Both the position numbers and the translations under genes were made by a program. A DNA stretch of 32,000 nt from Okeania sp. Lineage in GTDB: Bacteria > Cyanobacteriota > Cyanobacteriia > Cyanobacteriales > Microcoleaceae. The stretch is from positions 30,001 to 62,000 of the forward strand of contig NZ_JAYKGW010000061.1 of the NCBI RefSeq assembly GCF_035285525.1, in the 5' to 3' direction. This document shows, piece by piece, positions 1-8,270 of this stretch; the first letter of the stretch is position 1, and every line of letters starts with the position of its first letter. Under the pieces are notes generated by a model, which did no database searches, had not been told where the DNA came from, and worked only from the letters and a program-made list of their open reading frames with translations.

Positions 1-262
1 TGAGACGAAAACGAGCTAAACCTTTAACACCATAAGCGCTATCAAGTTCCCAGTTTTGCTCTAAGGTTTTCCGCTGCATATTATTGAGCATTTGGAAAAT
101 GAGGGTTTGTACTTCTATTGGTTCCATATTTTCCCCAAATTGAGGTTGAGGAGTCAACTGACCGCTAATACGGAAAAAAATCGGCGCTCTTGCTTGAATA
201 TGAACATCAGAACCACCTTGTTCTACTAGGGATTCTAAAACATCCTCAATCATTAAAGACAT
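1..262 (-). CDS. pilT: Type IV pilus retraction ATPase PilT, N-terminal 87 codons (gene continues beyond the left edge)
   Basis: The reverse complement of 1-262 starts with ATG at 262. It reads MSLMIEDVLESLVEQGGSDVHIQARAPIFFRISGQLTPQPQFGENMEPIEVQTLIFQMLNNMQRKTLEQNWELDSAYGVKGLARFRL and is open to the window edge. This is the typical PilT N-terminus. It lies downstream of pilB on the same strand (pilB-pilT order). Confidence 0.85.
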   Translation of the reverse strand, partial: MSLMIEDVLESLVEQGGSDVHIQARAPIFFRISGQLTPQPQFGENMEPIEVQTLIFQMLNNMQRKTLEQNWELDSAYGVKGLARFRL

Positions 263-293
263 AAATTAAACCTCCGCTTTATTCAGTTAAATA

Positions 294-325
294 GGGAGTA
301 GGGAGTAGGGGAGTAGGGAGTAGGG
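294..325 (+). repeat. (GGGAGTA)n heptamer STRR-type array, five G3-4 tracts
   Basis: Read directly: GGGAGTAGGGAGTAGGGGAGTAGGGAGTAGGG, in the pilB-pilT spacer. Confidence 0.95.
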
Positions 326-370
326 AACAGTTATCAGCTATTAGTTATCAGTAAAACATTAACTCATACC

Positions 371-592
371 AATTCCCATCCATTATTGCTATACTTGATG
401 AATACTTCAGTTATCAAGTAATTAGGACAAACCAAGTTATTTTTTGCCAATTTCGGATAGGTTAATGTTAATTTTTATGATGCTTACTTCTCCCCCACTC
501 CCTTACTCCCCTATGGACGTTGCATAACAAAAATGCTAACATCCCTACCCTGCTCAATCAAATGTAGAAAAGTTTTTGAGTATTTGGTATTA
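371..592 (+). repeat. Dispersed repeat family E, copy 1 (~220 bp), inverted relative to copy 2 at 23963-24151
   Basis: AATTCCCATCCATTATTGCTATACTTGATGAATACTTCAGTTATCAAGTAATTA...GCTCAATCAAATGTAGAAAAGTTTTTGAGTATTTGGTATT aligns with the reverse complement of 23963-24151. Copy 1 carries an extra ~37-bp internal segment (about 512-548). Confidence 0.85.
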
Positions 593-839
593 GCGGGACT
601 TACACAAAAAAGTAGCAATAAATAGGCTCAAATATAGATATCCAGAGGCTTTTACGTCGAAAATGTATAGTCCTTTTATTACCAAGGGTTCTAGACATTT
701 TTAGAGCTTTGACGTAATTCTCTTACCTAGACTGACTTTGAAGCATTTTTCTGCCCACAAAATGTGTAAGATTTTTCAGTTATCAGTTCCTCCCCACATT
801 CCCGACACTCCCCACACTCCCCACACCTCCCAAACTCTC

Positions 840-3011
840 CTACTCAAAACGAGGGGTGGTACAATAAGGACAGTCTACCCACTCTGGTTGCAATTCAGCG
901 TTACAAGACCTACATATCAGATTTTCTCTAGCTTGGCGTTTCATTTCTGCCTCTAAACCAGAATCAGTAAATGTTACCCGTTCCACCTCCTCAAAAGTTG
1001 TATGACCTTCTCGTACCAAATTCAAACTATACTGCAATAGAGGAATCATTCCCTCTTCTACCGCAACTTCCTTAATTTGTTCTGTTGGCGCTCTTTGAGT
1101 AATTAAAGTTTGTAACCGCTCCGTAATTTTCATAAATTCATAAACACCAACACGACCTTTATAACCAAGACCATTACACTTGCGACATAATTCTCCCCTT
1201 TCCTTTAAATCTTCCCGTTGTTCAACTGGTATAGTATTTGCCCTATAGTATGTAAACTCCTCCTCCTGAGAAGGAACCATACCATAACGACGAAACTCAT
1301 CAGGTTCAGGTTTATACTTAGCTTTGCATTGACTGCAAACCCGACGCATCAGACGTTGTGCCACCACACCTAACAAGGCTGCTGAAACCATGAAAGATTC
1401 TACTCCCATTTCATCAAGACGAGCGATCGCCCCCGCAGCATCATTAGTATGGAGGGTTGTTAAAACTAAGTGACCAGTTAAGGCGGCTTCAATGGCTGTT
1501 TTTGCCGTTTCCTTATCTCGCGTTTCTCCCACTAGCAAAACGTCAGGGTCTTGTCGGAGAAAGGCGCGGAGGATACTGGCAAAGGTTAAGTCTTTTTCCC
1601 GAATTACTTGACATTGAGTAATTCCTGGTAAGGCATATTCAATGGGGTCTTCTGCGGTACTAATATTAATACCAGGGTCATTTCGTTCTGCCAAAATCGA
1701 ATATAGAGAGGTAGATTTACCAGAACCAGTTGGCCCCGTCACTAGAATTAATCCAAATGGACGACTAGCAGTTTCCCTCACGAGTTCCAAAGTTGGTTTA
1801 TGTGAAATTAATTTATCTAATCCCAGTTGGGTACTAGAGCTATCCAAAATCCGCAAAACTATTTTTTCACCATACCGACTTGGTAAACTATTTACTCGGA
1901 AGTCAATTGTACGTCCCTTAAATATTTTGCGGATACGACCATCTTGTGCTTGCCGTCGTTCAGCAATGTCTAAATTTGCAATAATTTTAAATCGGGAAGT
2001 AATGGCTGCAATAACTTTTTTGGGAAATCTAAAATACTCTTGTAATACCCCATCTTTACGCATCCTAATTTGGATAAATTCTTCTTGGGGTTCCACATGA
2101 ATATCAGATACTCCCTCAGTTAGTGCCTTGACTAAAATAACATTTACTGCTCTAATAACTGGTGCATCTTCGGCAGCAGCGATACTTTCAGCAATGTCTT
2201 CGCCTTGTTTTTGGTCGTCAGCTTCTTCTAATTCAGCTTTATCAAAGAAACCAGAATCTAAGTCTAGTTCTTTTTGTTCTGCTTCTTTTGCCTTAGCAGT
2301 TTCTCTCTTGGTTTGTTCTTCTGAGTAATAATTAATGAGACTGTCAAAATCTTGTTGAGTAATAACCAATCTTTGTAAAGTTAATCCATTGTTATGCCTC
2401 AAGATATTTTTCAGGTCATCCAAAGCTTGAAGATCGTCAGGGTTAACCATTCCCACCATCATATATGGTTCCTGACTTTCATAATCTTTTACCAGTTCTG
2501 CTGGTATAGAATCTCCAGCACATTTTTCTAATTCCTCAATAAATTGAGCCTCGGAACTGTTACTCTGGGCTAAAGCTTTCAGCATTTGCCTTTGATTCAT
2601 AATTCCTGTCTCGACAACCTTATTTGCCAGATCAGTTTCATGGCTAAATAATGGTATAAATTTATTCCGACGACAAGTTTCTACTGGGATTATTTTGTCT
2701 ATTAAATAATATACCTGTTGTTCTGGAATTGGGGTAATTTCTGGGTCAAAAGCAGCTACACCATAGAGAATCATTAACTCAAATAGCTGTTGCTTTTTAT
2801 ACTGCCTAATTAATTCTGGGGGTAAGGGTTGGCCTATTACAGTTTCTAATACATCTGTCAGTGATTTACCCGTTTCACGACTTTCAACTTGGCATTGTTT
2901 GAACTGTTCAATGTTGACGTAGCCGGCTTGAACCAGTTTATTTCCAAAGGGAGAAAGATGACTGAGGGCAACTATAGCGGTTCGTGAATTGAGTGAAGAG
3001 GTTTGGGCCAT
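840..3011 (-). CDS. pilB: Type IV pilus assembly (extension) ATPase PilB / GspE family
   Basis: 723-aa ORF with Walker A GPTGSGKST, Walker B DVLLVGETRD, His box TGHLVLTTLHTND and the GspE tetracysteine CSQC...CRKC. It has a long N-terminal T2SSE_N-like region. pilT follows downstream. Confidence 0.93.
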   Translation of the reverse strand: MAQTSSLNSRTAIVALSHLSPFGNKLVQAGYVNIEQFKQCQVESRETGKSLTDVLETVIGQPLPPELIRQYKKQQLFELMILYGVAAFDPEITPIPEQQVYYLIDKIIPVETCRRNKFIPLFSHETDLANKVVETGIMNQRQMLKALAQSNSSEAQFIEELEKCAGDSIPAELVKDYESQEPYMMVGMVNPDDLQALDDLKNILRHNNGLTLQRLVITQQDFDSLINYYSEEQTKRETAKAKEAEQKELDLDSGFFDKAELEEADDQKQGEDIAESIAAAEDAPVIRAVNVILVKALTEGVSDIHVEPQEEFIQIRMRKDGVLQEYFRFPKKVIAAITSRFKIIANLDIAERRQAQDGRIRKIFKGRTIDFRVNSLPSRYGEKIVLRILDSSSTQLGLDKLISHKPTLELVRETASRPFGLILVTGPTGSGKSTSLYSILAERNDPGINISTAEDPIEYALPGITQCQVIREKDLTFASILRAFLRQDPDVLLVGETRDKETAKTAIEAALTGHLVLTTLHTNDAAGAIARLDEMGVESFMVSAALLGVVAQRLMRRVCSQCKAKYKPEPDEFRRYGMVPSQEEEFTYYRANTIPVEQREDLKERGELCRKCNGLGYKGRVGVYEFMKITERLQTLITQRAPTEQIKEVAVEEGMIPLLQYSLNLVREGHTTFEEVERVTFTDSGLEAEMKRQARENLICRSCNAELQPEWVDCPYCTTPRFE

Positions 3012-3236
3012 AACTGATAAAAAATTTCTCCTTAATCTAATCTAAAGTATTCCTATATTTTTGATAAAATTTGCACCCATTTAATAGATTGTTAACTTGA
3101 TTGATTTTTTAAGTATCTTAAGTATCTACAATTAGCTTTTTTGAGGTTTAATAGGGAAATTATAAGTCCTAAGTCTCAATTCTCTATTAAACTTAAGGCT
3201 AGAAATTAGTAAACTACTGTAATAATTTTAGCAGTC

Positions 3237-3375
3237 TATAGAAATCCTATTTTACTTCTGTATAAAAATTTCACTACTTTTCAGGAATGGGGATAGAGGT
3301 AATGGTCAATGGGTAAGACTTTCGGATTTTATTTCTAGTTTTTGATTACCGGCAACATAACCACGGATTGCTATA
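3237..3375 (+). mobile_element. MITE-like element, family C (TIR TATAGCAATCCTATTT / AAATAGGATTGCTATA), copy C1
   Basis: Starts TATAGAAATCCTATTTTACTTCTG and ends CCACGGATTGCTATA. The internal TTTCGGATTTTATTTCTAGTTTTTGATT is shared with copy C3. Confidence 0.75.
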
Positions 3376-3404
3376 TATAAATACTTTATTTATTACTTGA
3401 GATA

Positions 3405-3508
3405 GTTAAGTATAATTGACTATTAAAAACAAAGATTTAAACTACGAAAATGTATGGTTAAGTAAAATTAACTATTAAAAACAGAAGTTTAGACTACGAA
3501 AATGTTTG
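3405..3508 (+). repeat. 52-bp tandem duplication (2 units) upstream of pilB
   Basis: GTTAAGTATAATTGACTATTAAAAACAAAGATTTAAACTACGAAAATGTATG is followed directly by GTTAAGTAAAATTAACTATTAAAAACAGAAGTTTAGACTACGAAAATGTTTG. Confidence 0.9.
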
Positions 3509-3621
3509 GATTCATAGTTTCATAATTAGGTATGATGTAGAAATTTATTTATAGCCTAATGATTTTTCCTACCACAAGTTTAAGGCCATAAAGTTAGCTA
3601 TAAAGAATTATGTATTATAAC

Positions 3622-3716
3622 ATGACTTACTCAGCGACCCTAGATATGGTGCTTAAAACTATTGCGCAATCGTTTCTTAAGGCTGTATTGTATATAGTAC
3701 CTTTGCGTAAGTCCTG
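3622..3716 (-). mobile_element. MITE-like element, family A (TIR CAGGACTTACGCA), copy A1
   Basis: The reverse complement aligns along its length with 8175-8270. It has the right TIR TGCGTAAGTCCTG (3704-3716), a degenerate left TIR ATGACTTACTCAGC, and the shared core CTAGATATGGTGCTTAAAACTATTGCGCAAT. Confidence 0.8.
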
Positions 3717-3759
3717 TATAATTAATTTTTTAATTTTTCTTGGAAAAGCCAAAAAATTA

Positions 3760-3899
3760 TATAGCAATCCCATTTTATTCGTGTTAAAAATCTTACTGCT
3801 TTTTAGGGAACACTTAACTGGTAAGAGTTAAGGTTCCGGAGCCATCAGTTTTTTGATCTACTTTTTGATTGGTCACAACCTATTACACAGATTTCTATA
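3760..3899 (+). mobile_element. MITE-like element, family C, copy C2
   Basis: Starts TATAGCAATCCCATTTTATTCGTGTTAAAAATCTTACTGCTTTTTAGGGAACA and ends TCACAACCTATTACACAGATTTCTATA. It is collinear with 31875-31997. Confidence 0.8.
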
Positions 3900-3918
3900 G
3901 ATTTAAAATTATTAATTA

Positions 3919-5655
3919 TTAATTCTTAATTACCTTAAGACAATTAGCATCCAAAACAAATAAACTATCATTCTCAAAGACAGTACAAATAGATATAGTC
4001 TTTGCCAAAGCCGGAATATTTCTTAACTGTAAAAAAGTAACTGCTTCCTGTGCAGACTCATATTGCATTAACCAACTATTATTCTCAACATATTCTGGGG
4101 TAAAAGCACCACGATGTATCATCCAAAAATCAATTCCATACTTCTGAATAAAATCTTTCACATCTTTTAAATCTGAACTATATTGAGCAACAATTAAATC
4201 TATAACTCGTTGGCGAAATTGACTATAATAACCAACTTGATAAGGAATAGCATATTCTCTACCTAACAAGATAGAACGTTGAGAAAATGTAGGCAAGAAA
4301 TTTGCCTCTTCCTCCACAGAAGCAATCATAATATCTTCAGGTTGTTGTTGAAAAAATTCATATAAATTTGTAGCCTTACCTAATTTATATCTAACTAGAG
4401 GAAAACCTTTGACAAAAGCAGGATATAACACCAGAGATGCCACAATTAAACCTGTTAAAACTAAAGAAATAATTCCCCGAAAATTAATAGGAGACTTTTC
4501 TCTATTTTCTGCCCAACTTAACAACGCATCAATAATCAAAGTTAGAGTTATCGCTGTTGCCAAAGCAATAATTATTCGGAAACTTAATCCTGTATATCTA
4601 CTGGGAAGATGTAGTCGAAAAAGTAAAGCATGAGCAATCAAAAACATTCCCAAAGATGAAAGTAATAAATGCACTAATAACCAAATACGATTCGTAATAT
4701 TTTTAATTAAAGGAAAAGCAGAATTAAAAGATAATAAAAACGGCAATAATAATCCGGCACATTGAGTAGCAGGAGTGAATAAAGACTTAGGAAACATCCC
4801 ACTACGTTTGCCAGTTAACCAAAAATCTTTAGGATGAACATGAAAAAATGTACTTCTGCCATTTGGATAAAACTCCCTTAACTTCATCGCTGCTTCTCGA
4901 CTAATAGCAGGTCCGTATTCTGAAGAAGTTAAAGCATAAGGTAATAAAACTAAAAATGCCGTACTTAAACCAACTCCACAAAGTAGAAAATCCTGTTTTT
5001 CTAATGATAGTTGAAACCTGCCATTTCTCCAAGAAATTAATCTCAAAATTAACATTCCCGAAGCCACAAAAACATACTGGGGATAAAATAATCCAATCAG
5101 AGTTATCGCTATTCCCATTCTGACAAAAGAACCACGAATTAAATAATATAAAAAAGCCATAAAAAATGGATAAACAAAAGCTCTAGGAGTAGCCGAAGCC
5201 ACATCATCTTTCATCCAAATAGCTTGATTCATTACCAAAGTAGAAATAAATCCTGCCAGAGGAACTGGTAAAATTTCCAGACAGATTCTAAAAATATAAT
5301 AAGTACAAATTAAGCCTAAAATAAAAGGAATAATTTTTGCTAAAAAAAACGGATTAATTCCGATAAATGCTGCACTTTTATAAAGCCAAGTATATCCTGC
5401 GGGAGCGACAGACTGAAAATAGTCAGCAATTAAATCATTAGGAAATAAATCAGGATTAGAAAAACGCTGCATCCAAAAAATATGTTGTCTAGCATCATCT
5501 TGAACACTAAGACTATTAGCAAAAGCTTTTTTAAGTACTAAAAAACCATAAAGGACTGCAAAAGTTATGCTGAGACTAAACCAAAATATTATTCCTTTTT
5601 GCGTTTTTTGATTTATAGGATTAGTTAAAAATTTATGTAAATTAGAAATTAACAT
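3919..5655 (-). CDS. Hypothetical polytopic membrane protein (about 12 or more hydrophobic helices plus a soluble C-terminal domain); possibly a GT-C-fold glycosyltransferase
   Basis: 578-aa ORF. The N-terminal ~400 aa are dominated by hydrophobic helices, with an acidic DD motif (SVQDDARQH) in the first predicted loop, as in GT-C enzymes. The C-terminal ~170 aa are hydrophilic. The functional call is inference only. Confidence 0.75.
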   Translation of the reverse strand: MLISNLHKFLTNPINQKTQKGIIFWFSLSITFAVLYGFLVLKKAFANSLSVQDDARQHIFWMQRFSNPDLFPNDLIADYFQSVAPAGYTWLYKSAAFIGINPFFLAKIIPFILGLICTYYIFRICLEILPVPLAGFISTLVMNQAIWMKDDVASATPRAFVYPFFMAFLYYLIRGSFVRMGIAITLIGLFYPQYVFVASGMLILRLISWRNGRFQLSLEKQDFLLCGVGLSTAFLVLLPYALTSSEYGPAISREAAMKLREFYPNGRSTFFHVHPKDFWLTGKRSGMFPKSLFTPATQCAGLLLPFLLSFNSAFPLIKNITNRIWLLVHLLLSSLGMFLIAHALLFRLHLPSRYTGLSFRIIIALATAITLTLIIDALLSWAENREKSPINFRGIISLVLTGLIVASLVLYPAFVKGFPLVRYKLGKATNLYEFFQQQPEDIMIASVEEEANFLPTFSQRSILLGREYAIPYQVGYYSQFRQRVIDLIVAQYSSDLKDVKDFIQKYGIDFWMIHRGAFTPEYVENNSWLMQYESAQEAVTFLQLRNIPALAKTISICTVFENDSLFVLDANCLKVIKN

Positions 5656-5710
5656 TTAGAGGGAATAGGGAACAGGGAAAAGTAGGCTAAAAAAAGGTTT
5701 CAGGATTTAG

Positions 5711-5822
5711 AGCAGATTTCATTTTGGTGATATACACCTCTGGGAGCTTTGCGTCTCCCTGCTTACAAAGATTTTATTATTAAATCTGTACTTCTTATAC
5801 TTGGAATTTGCTATGTCAAGGA
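5711..5822 (+). mobile_element. MITE-like element, family D (TIR ACAGCAGATTTC), copy D1
   Basis: AGCAGATTTCATTTTGGTGATATACACCTCTGGGAGC...CTTATACTTGGAATTTGCT is collinear with copy D2. Confidence 0.65.
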
Positions 5823-5867
5823 TTAGGAAGTAGGGGATAAGAAGTAGTGTAAGAATTACAGCGGATT

Positions 5868-5966
5868 CTACTTTGGTAAGGTACATCCACGGTAGTTTTC
5901 CGGCTCGCATTGGTAAGTTAACTTTAACTATTAATATCTCTATTTCTTATGCTTGAAATCTGCTGT
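5868..5966 (+). mobile_element. MITE-like element, family D, copy D2
   Basis: ACAGCGGATTCTACTTTGGTAAGGTACATCCACGGTAG...CTTATGCTTGAAATCTGCTGT. The ends are inverted complements of each other. Confidence 0.7.
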
Positions 5967-6455
5967 AATTGATAATGTAGTCGAAAAAAGTGCCAGCTTT
6001 TAGGTCTCTCAGATTCAAAAAATTAGCATTATGTACCTGACTTGTAAACTTCGCCAAAAGTTTTAGATTACCTAGCTTTTAGCATTTAATAATTTACTTG
6101 ACAAAACTCCTAAGACCTAAATAGAGGTATTTTTTCATTATTAATTATCCATTATCAATTTCCAGAAAAAAGGGAACAGGGAACCAGAACTAGGAAACAG
6201 GGAAAAAGAATTGATAACTTCCTATAGGATAATTGATTTTGCTTTTTATTTTTGCAGATGTCTATTATCAATGGTGAGGTACACCTGCTAAACTAAACAC
6301 ATCGAACTTACCCAAAGGTACTATATATAGATTTTTTTAACTATTGCGCAATAGTTTTCAACACTATATCCAGGGTCATTGAGCCTGACACATTTAATTA
6401 GTTAGCCCTAATTATCCATTATCAATTATGCATTATCCATTACTATACCCCTTTT

Positions 6456-6836
6456 ATGGAACTACCAATAGAAAGAATAAAACTATCTAAAGTCGCCAAA
6501 GAACAGTTAATTAAACTGAAACGTAACACTAAAATTGAACAATGGAATATCCTTTGCCGTTGGTCATTCTGTCACTCTTTGGCAGAACCTAGCATTCCTA
6601 CTCTAGTACCAATTCCTGCTGATAGTAATTTAGAATTAACATGGAGAACCTTTGGTGGGGAATATTCTGATATTTTGTTATTAGCTCTCAAACAACGTTG
6701 CTATAATGATGGTATGGGTATAGAGCGAGAAACCTTGGCCACTCAATTTAGACTGCATCTACATCGAGGTATTGGATATCTAGCTGGTAATCAAAATATC
6801 AAAAAGATAGAAGACTTAATCCGAACTGCTGTTTAG
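6456..6836 (+). CDS. dndE: DndE-like small protein (DNA sulfur modification protein DndE family), orphan
   Basis: 126-aa ORF. The N-terminus RIKLSKVAKEQLIKLKRNTKIEQWNILCRWSFCHSLAEPSIP and the C-terminal QFRLHLHRGIGYL match the pattern I recognise for DndE-family proteins. No dndA-D or dptFGH-like neighbours are present. Confidence 0.65.
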   Translation: MELPIERIKLSKVAKEQLIKLKRNTKIEQWNILCRWSFCHSLAEPSIPTLVPIPADSNLELTWRTFGGEYSDILLLALKQRCYNDGMGIERETLATQFRLHLHRGIGYLAGNQNIKKIEDLIRTAV

Positions 6837-6977
6837 TAGCTGAATACTTAAGCTATTTGTTCATAATTACATCTCTACTCATTAATTAAAAATAGTAGTA
6901 ATTATTTGAATCAAATAAGTTAATTAAGAAGGTATTCTAATCATTAATTTGAAGTTGAAACAGCTAGGTTAATTAAT

Positions 6978-7130
6978 GAATAATAGATAATAGATAATTA
7001 ATAATTATTTCTCCTTTTTAGGGAGAGGATTTAACCTTAAGGAAAATATTTATTTTATCCCCTTGAAAGGGGATAATTTTAACATAAATTATTTAATTAT
7101 TAATTATTAATTATTCGGTAACGCTATGTG
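6978..7130 (+). repeat. Dispersed repeat family H, copy 1 (contains the small hairpins TCTCC..GGAGA and TATCCCC-TTGAAA-GGGGATA)
   Basis: AATAGATAATAGATAATTAATAATTATTTCTCCTTTTTAGGGAGAGGATTTAACCTTAAGGAAAA...ATTATTTAATTATTAATTATTAATTATTCGGTA aligns with the reverse complement of 28391-28572. Confidence 0.75.
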
Positions 7131-7279
7131 CAATTTTTCCCAACCTAATAAATTTAGTGAGTTCTGAAAATAAGCTTTCCAGTCTTATGACTATAAGTTG
7201 TTATATTTCCCTAGAAAGTTGCACACTGCGTAGGTTAATCAAAAATCAATGTAGATAAGAAGGAAATAGGAAGATAATT

Positions 7280-7714
7280 ATGGGAGTTAATTCTAATAAT
7301 AAATATGTCAATATAATGGAAAAAATGGTAGCAGAGGAAGTAACTCGTCAAATTGCTGTACTTCCGAAAAAGTTAGCTAAATATATTAAGCAAACTGATG
7401 TAGAAACTTATGCTCTAAACCGTCTTCCACCTTTATATGCTTCTAGTAAGGAAGGCTGGAATTTCCAAACTAAAAAAGCAGAGGAAGATTATGAAGAGAA
7501 AATTGCTGTAGCAGTACGTCATGCTCTGGCTGCAATACAAAGAGACCTTCTGAAAAGCTCCACTCCTATTTTTAAAGACGAACATCAAAAAGCATCTTCT
7601 TCAAAGTCCGAAGCAGAAAAAAGCCAACCAAATACCTGGCGTCATGGTCGCTACTATCGCTTAGGGTCTGCAAACAAATATGGCAGTGACTGGTCAGGTA
7701 TTTACAGGGTCTAG
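7280..7714 (+). CDS. ComFB-family protein (late competence development ComFB domain) with a disordered C-terminal tail
   Basis: 144-aa ORF. The core NIMEKMVAEEVTRQI...DVETYALNRLPPLYASSKEGW matches the ComFB signature (ALNRLPP.Y..S..G). The C-terminal ~50 aa are S/K/E-rich low complexity. Confidence 0.8.
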   Translation: MGVNSNNKYVNIMEKMVAEEVTRQIAVLPKKLAKYIKQTDVETYALNRLPPLYASSKEGWNFQTKKAEEDYEEKIAVAVRHALAAIQRDLLKSSTPIFKDEHQKASSSKSEAEKSQPNTWRHGRYYRLGSANKYGSDWSGIYRV

Positions 7715-7985
7715 CTCAAAGTTCAATAAGCGAAAAGGTGTACAAAAAATAATCTGTAAATATTTAAGTGCGCACATTGCTATAAATAGGGTTTACTGAA
7801 AAAGTCTTTTTGTTATAGTAGGGAGTAATAGCTTGTCAAGACTAAAATTGTGGATTAGGAACGAGCGACAAGGAAAGACTTCTCCCCCAACTCCTCTCCT
7901 GTGAGGAGAGGGGAGAATTCCTCTCTTCCCTTTCCTCTTATCCCCTTTCACGCCTATCCATTACCCACATTTTTCTTAACATAAG

Positions 7986-8095
7986 CAGGACTTACCCATG
8001 AACACTATTGGTAAGGTGTGTTTCGCTACGCGACATGTAAAGCGTATCTCGTAACGCACCAAGACTCTACATATAGTGCCTTTGCGTAAGTCCTG
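7986..8095 (+). mobile_element. MITE-like element, family B (same TIR as family A, different core), copy B1
   Basis: CAGGACTTACCCA...TGCGTAAGTCCTG. The internal GTGTTTCGCTACGCGACATG is the reverse complement (1 mismatch) of 9945-9964 in copy B2. Confidence 0.8.
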
Positions 8096-8174
8096 AGCAG
8101 GTTTGACAAAAGTGACAAGTTATGTACAAATTTGGGAGCGACTTTTTCGGGAGAAAATTGTATTGAAAAATACA

Positions 8175-8270
8175 CAGGACTTACGCCCAGGTACTATTAT
8201 ATATATATAGTTAAAAAACTATTGCAACCTAGTTTGAAGCACTACATCTAGGGTTGCTGCGTAAGTCCTG
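8175..8270 (+). mobile_element. MITE-like element, family A, copy A2 (intact TIRs, putative 5-bp target duplication ATACA)
   Basis: CAGGACTTACGC(8175-8186)...GCGTAAGTCCTG(8259-8270), flanked by ..AAAAATACA| and |ATACACTTTT. It interrupts a family-G repeat whose uninterrupted paralogue is at 25540-25580. Confidence 0.85.

Noticed and set aside
738-956. 72-aa ORF on the + strand
   Set aside because: It overlaps the pilB 3' end antisense, and its PHTPHT-rich translation comes from the heptamer/nonamer array at 780-838. It is spurious.
3610-3831. 73-aa ORF on the + strand
   Set aside because: It lies entirely within MITE copies A1 and C2 and shows no coding signal.
5719-5910. 63-aa ORF on the - strand
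   Set aside because: It spans the two family-D MITE-like elements and the heptamer array between them, so it is repeat-derived.
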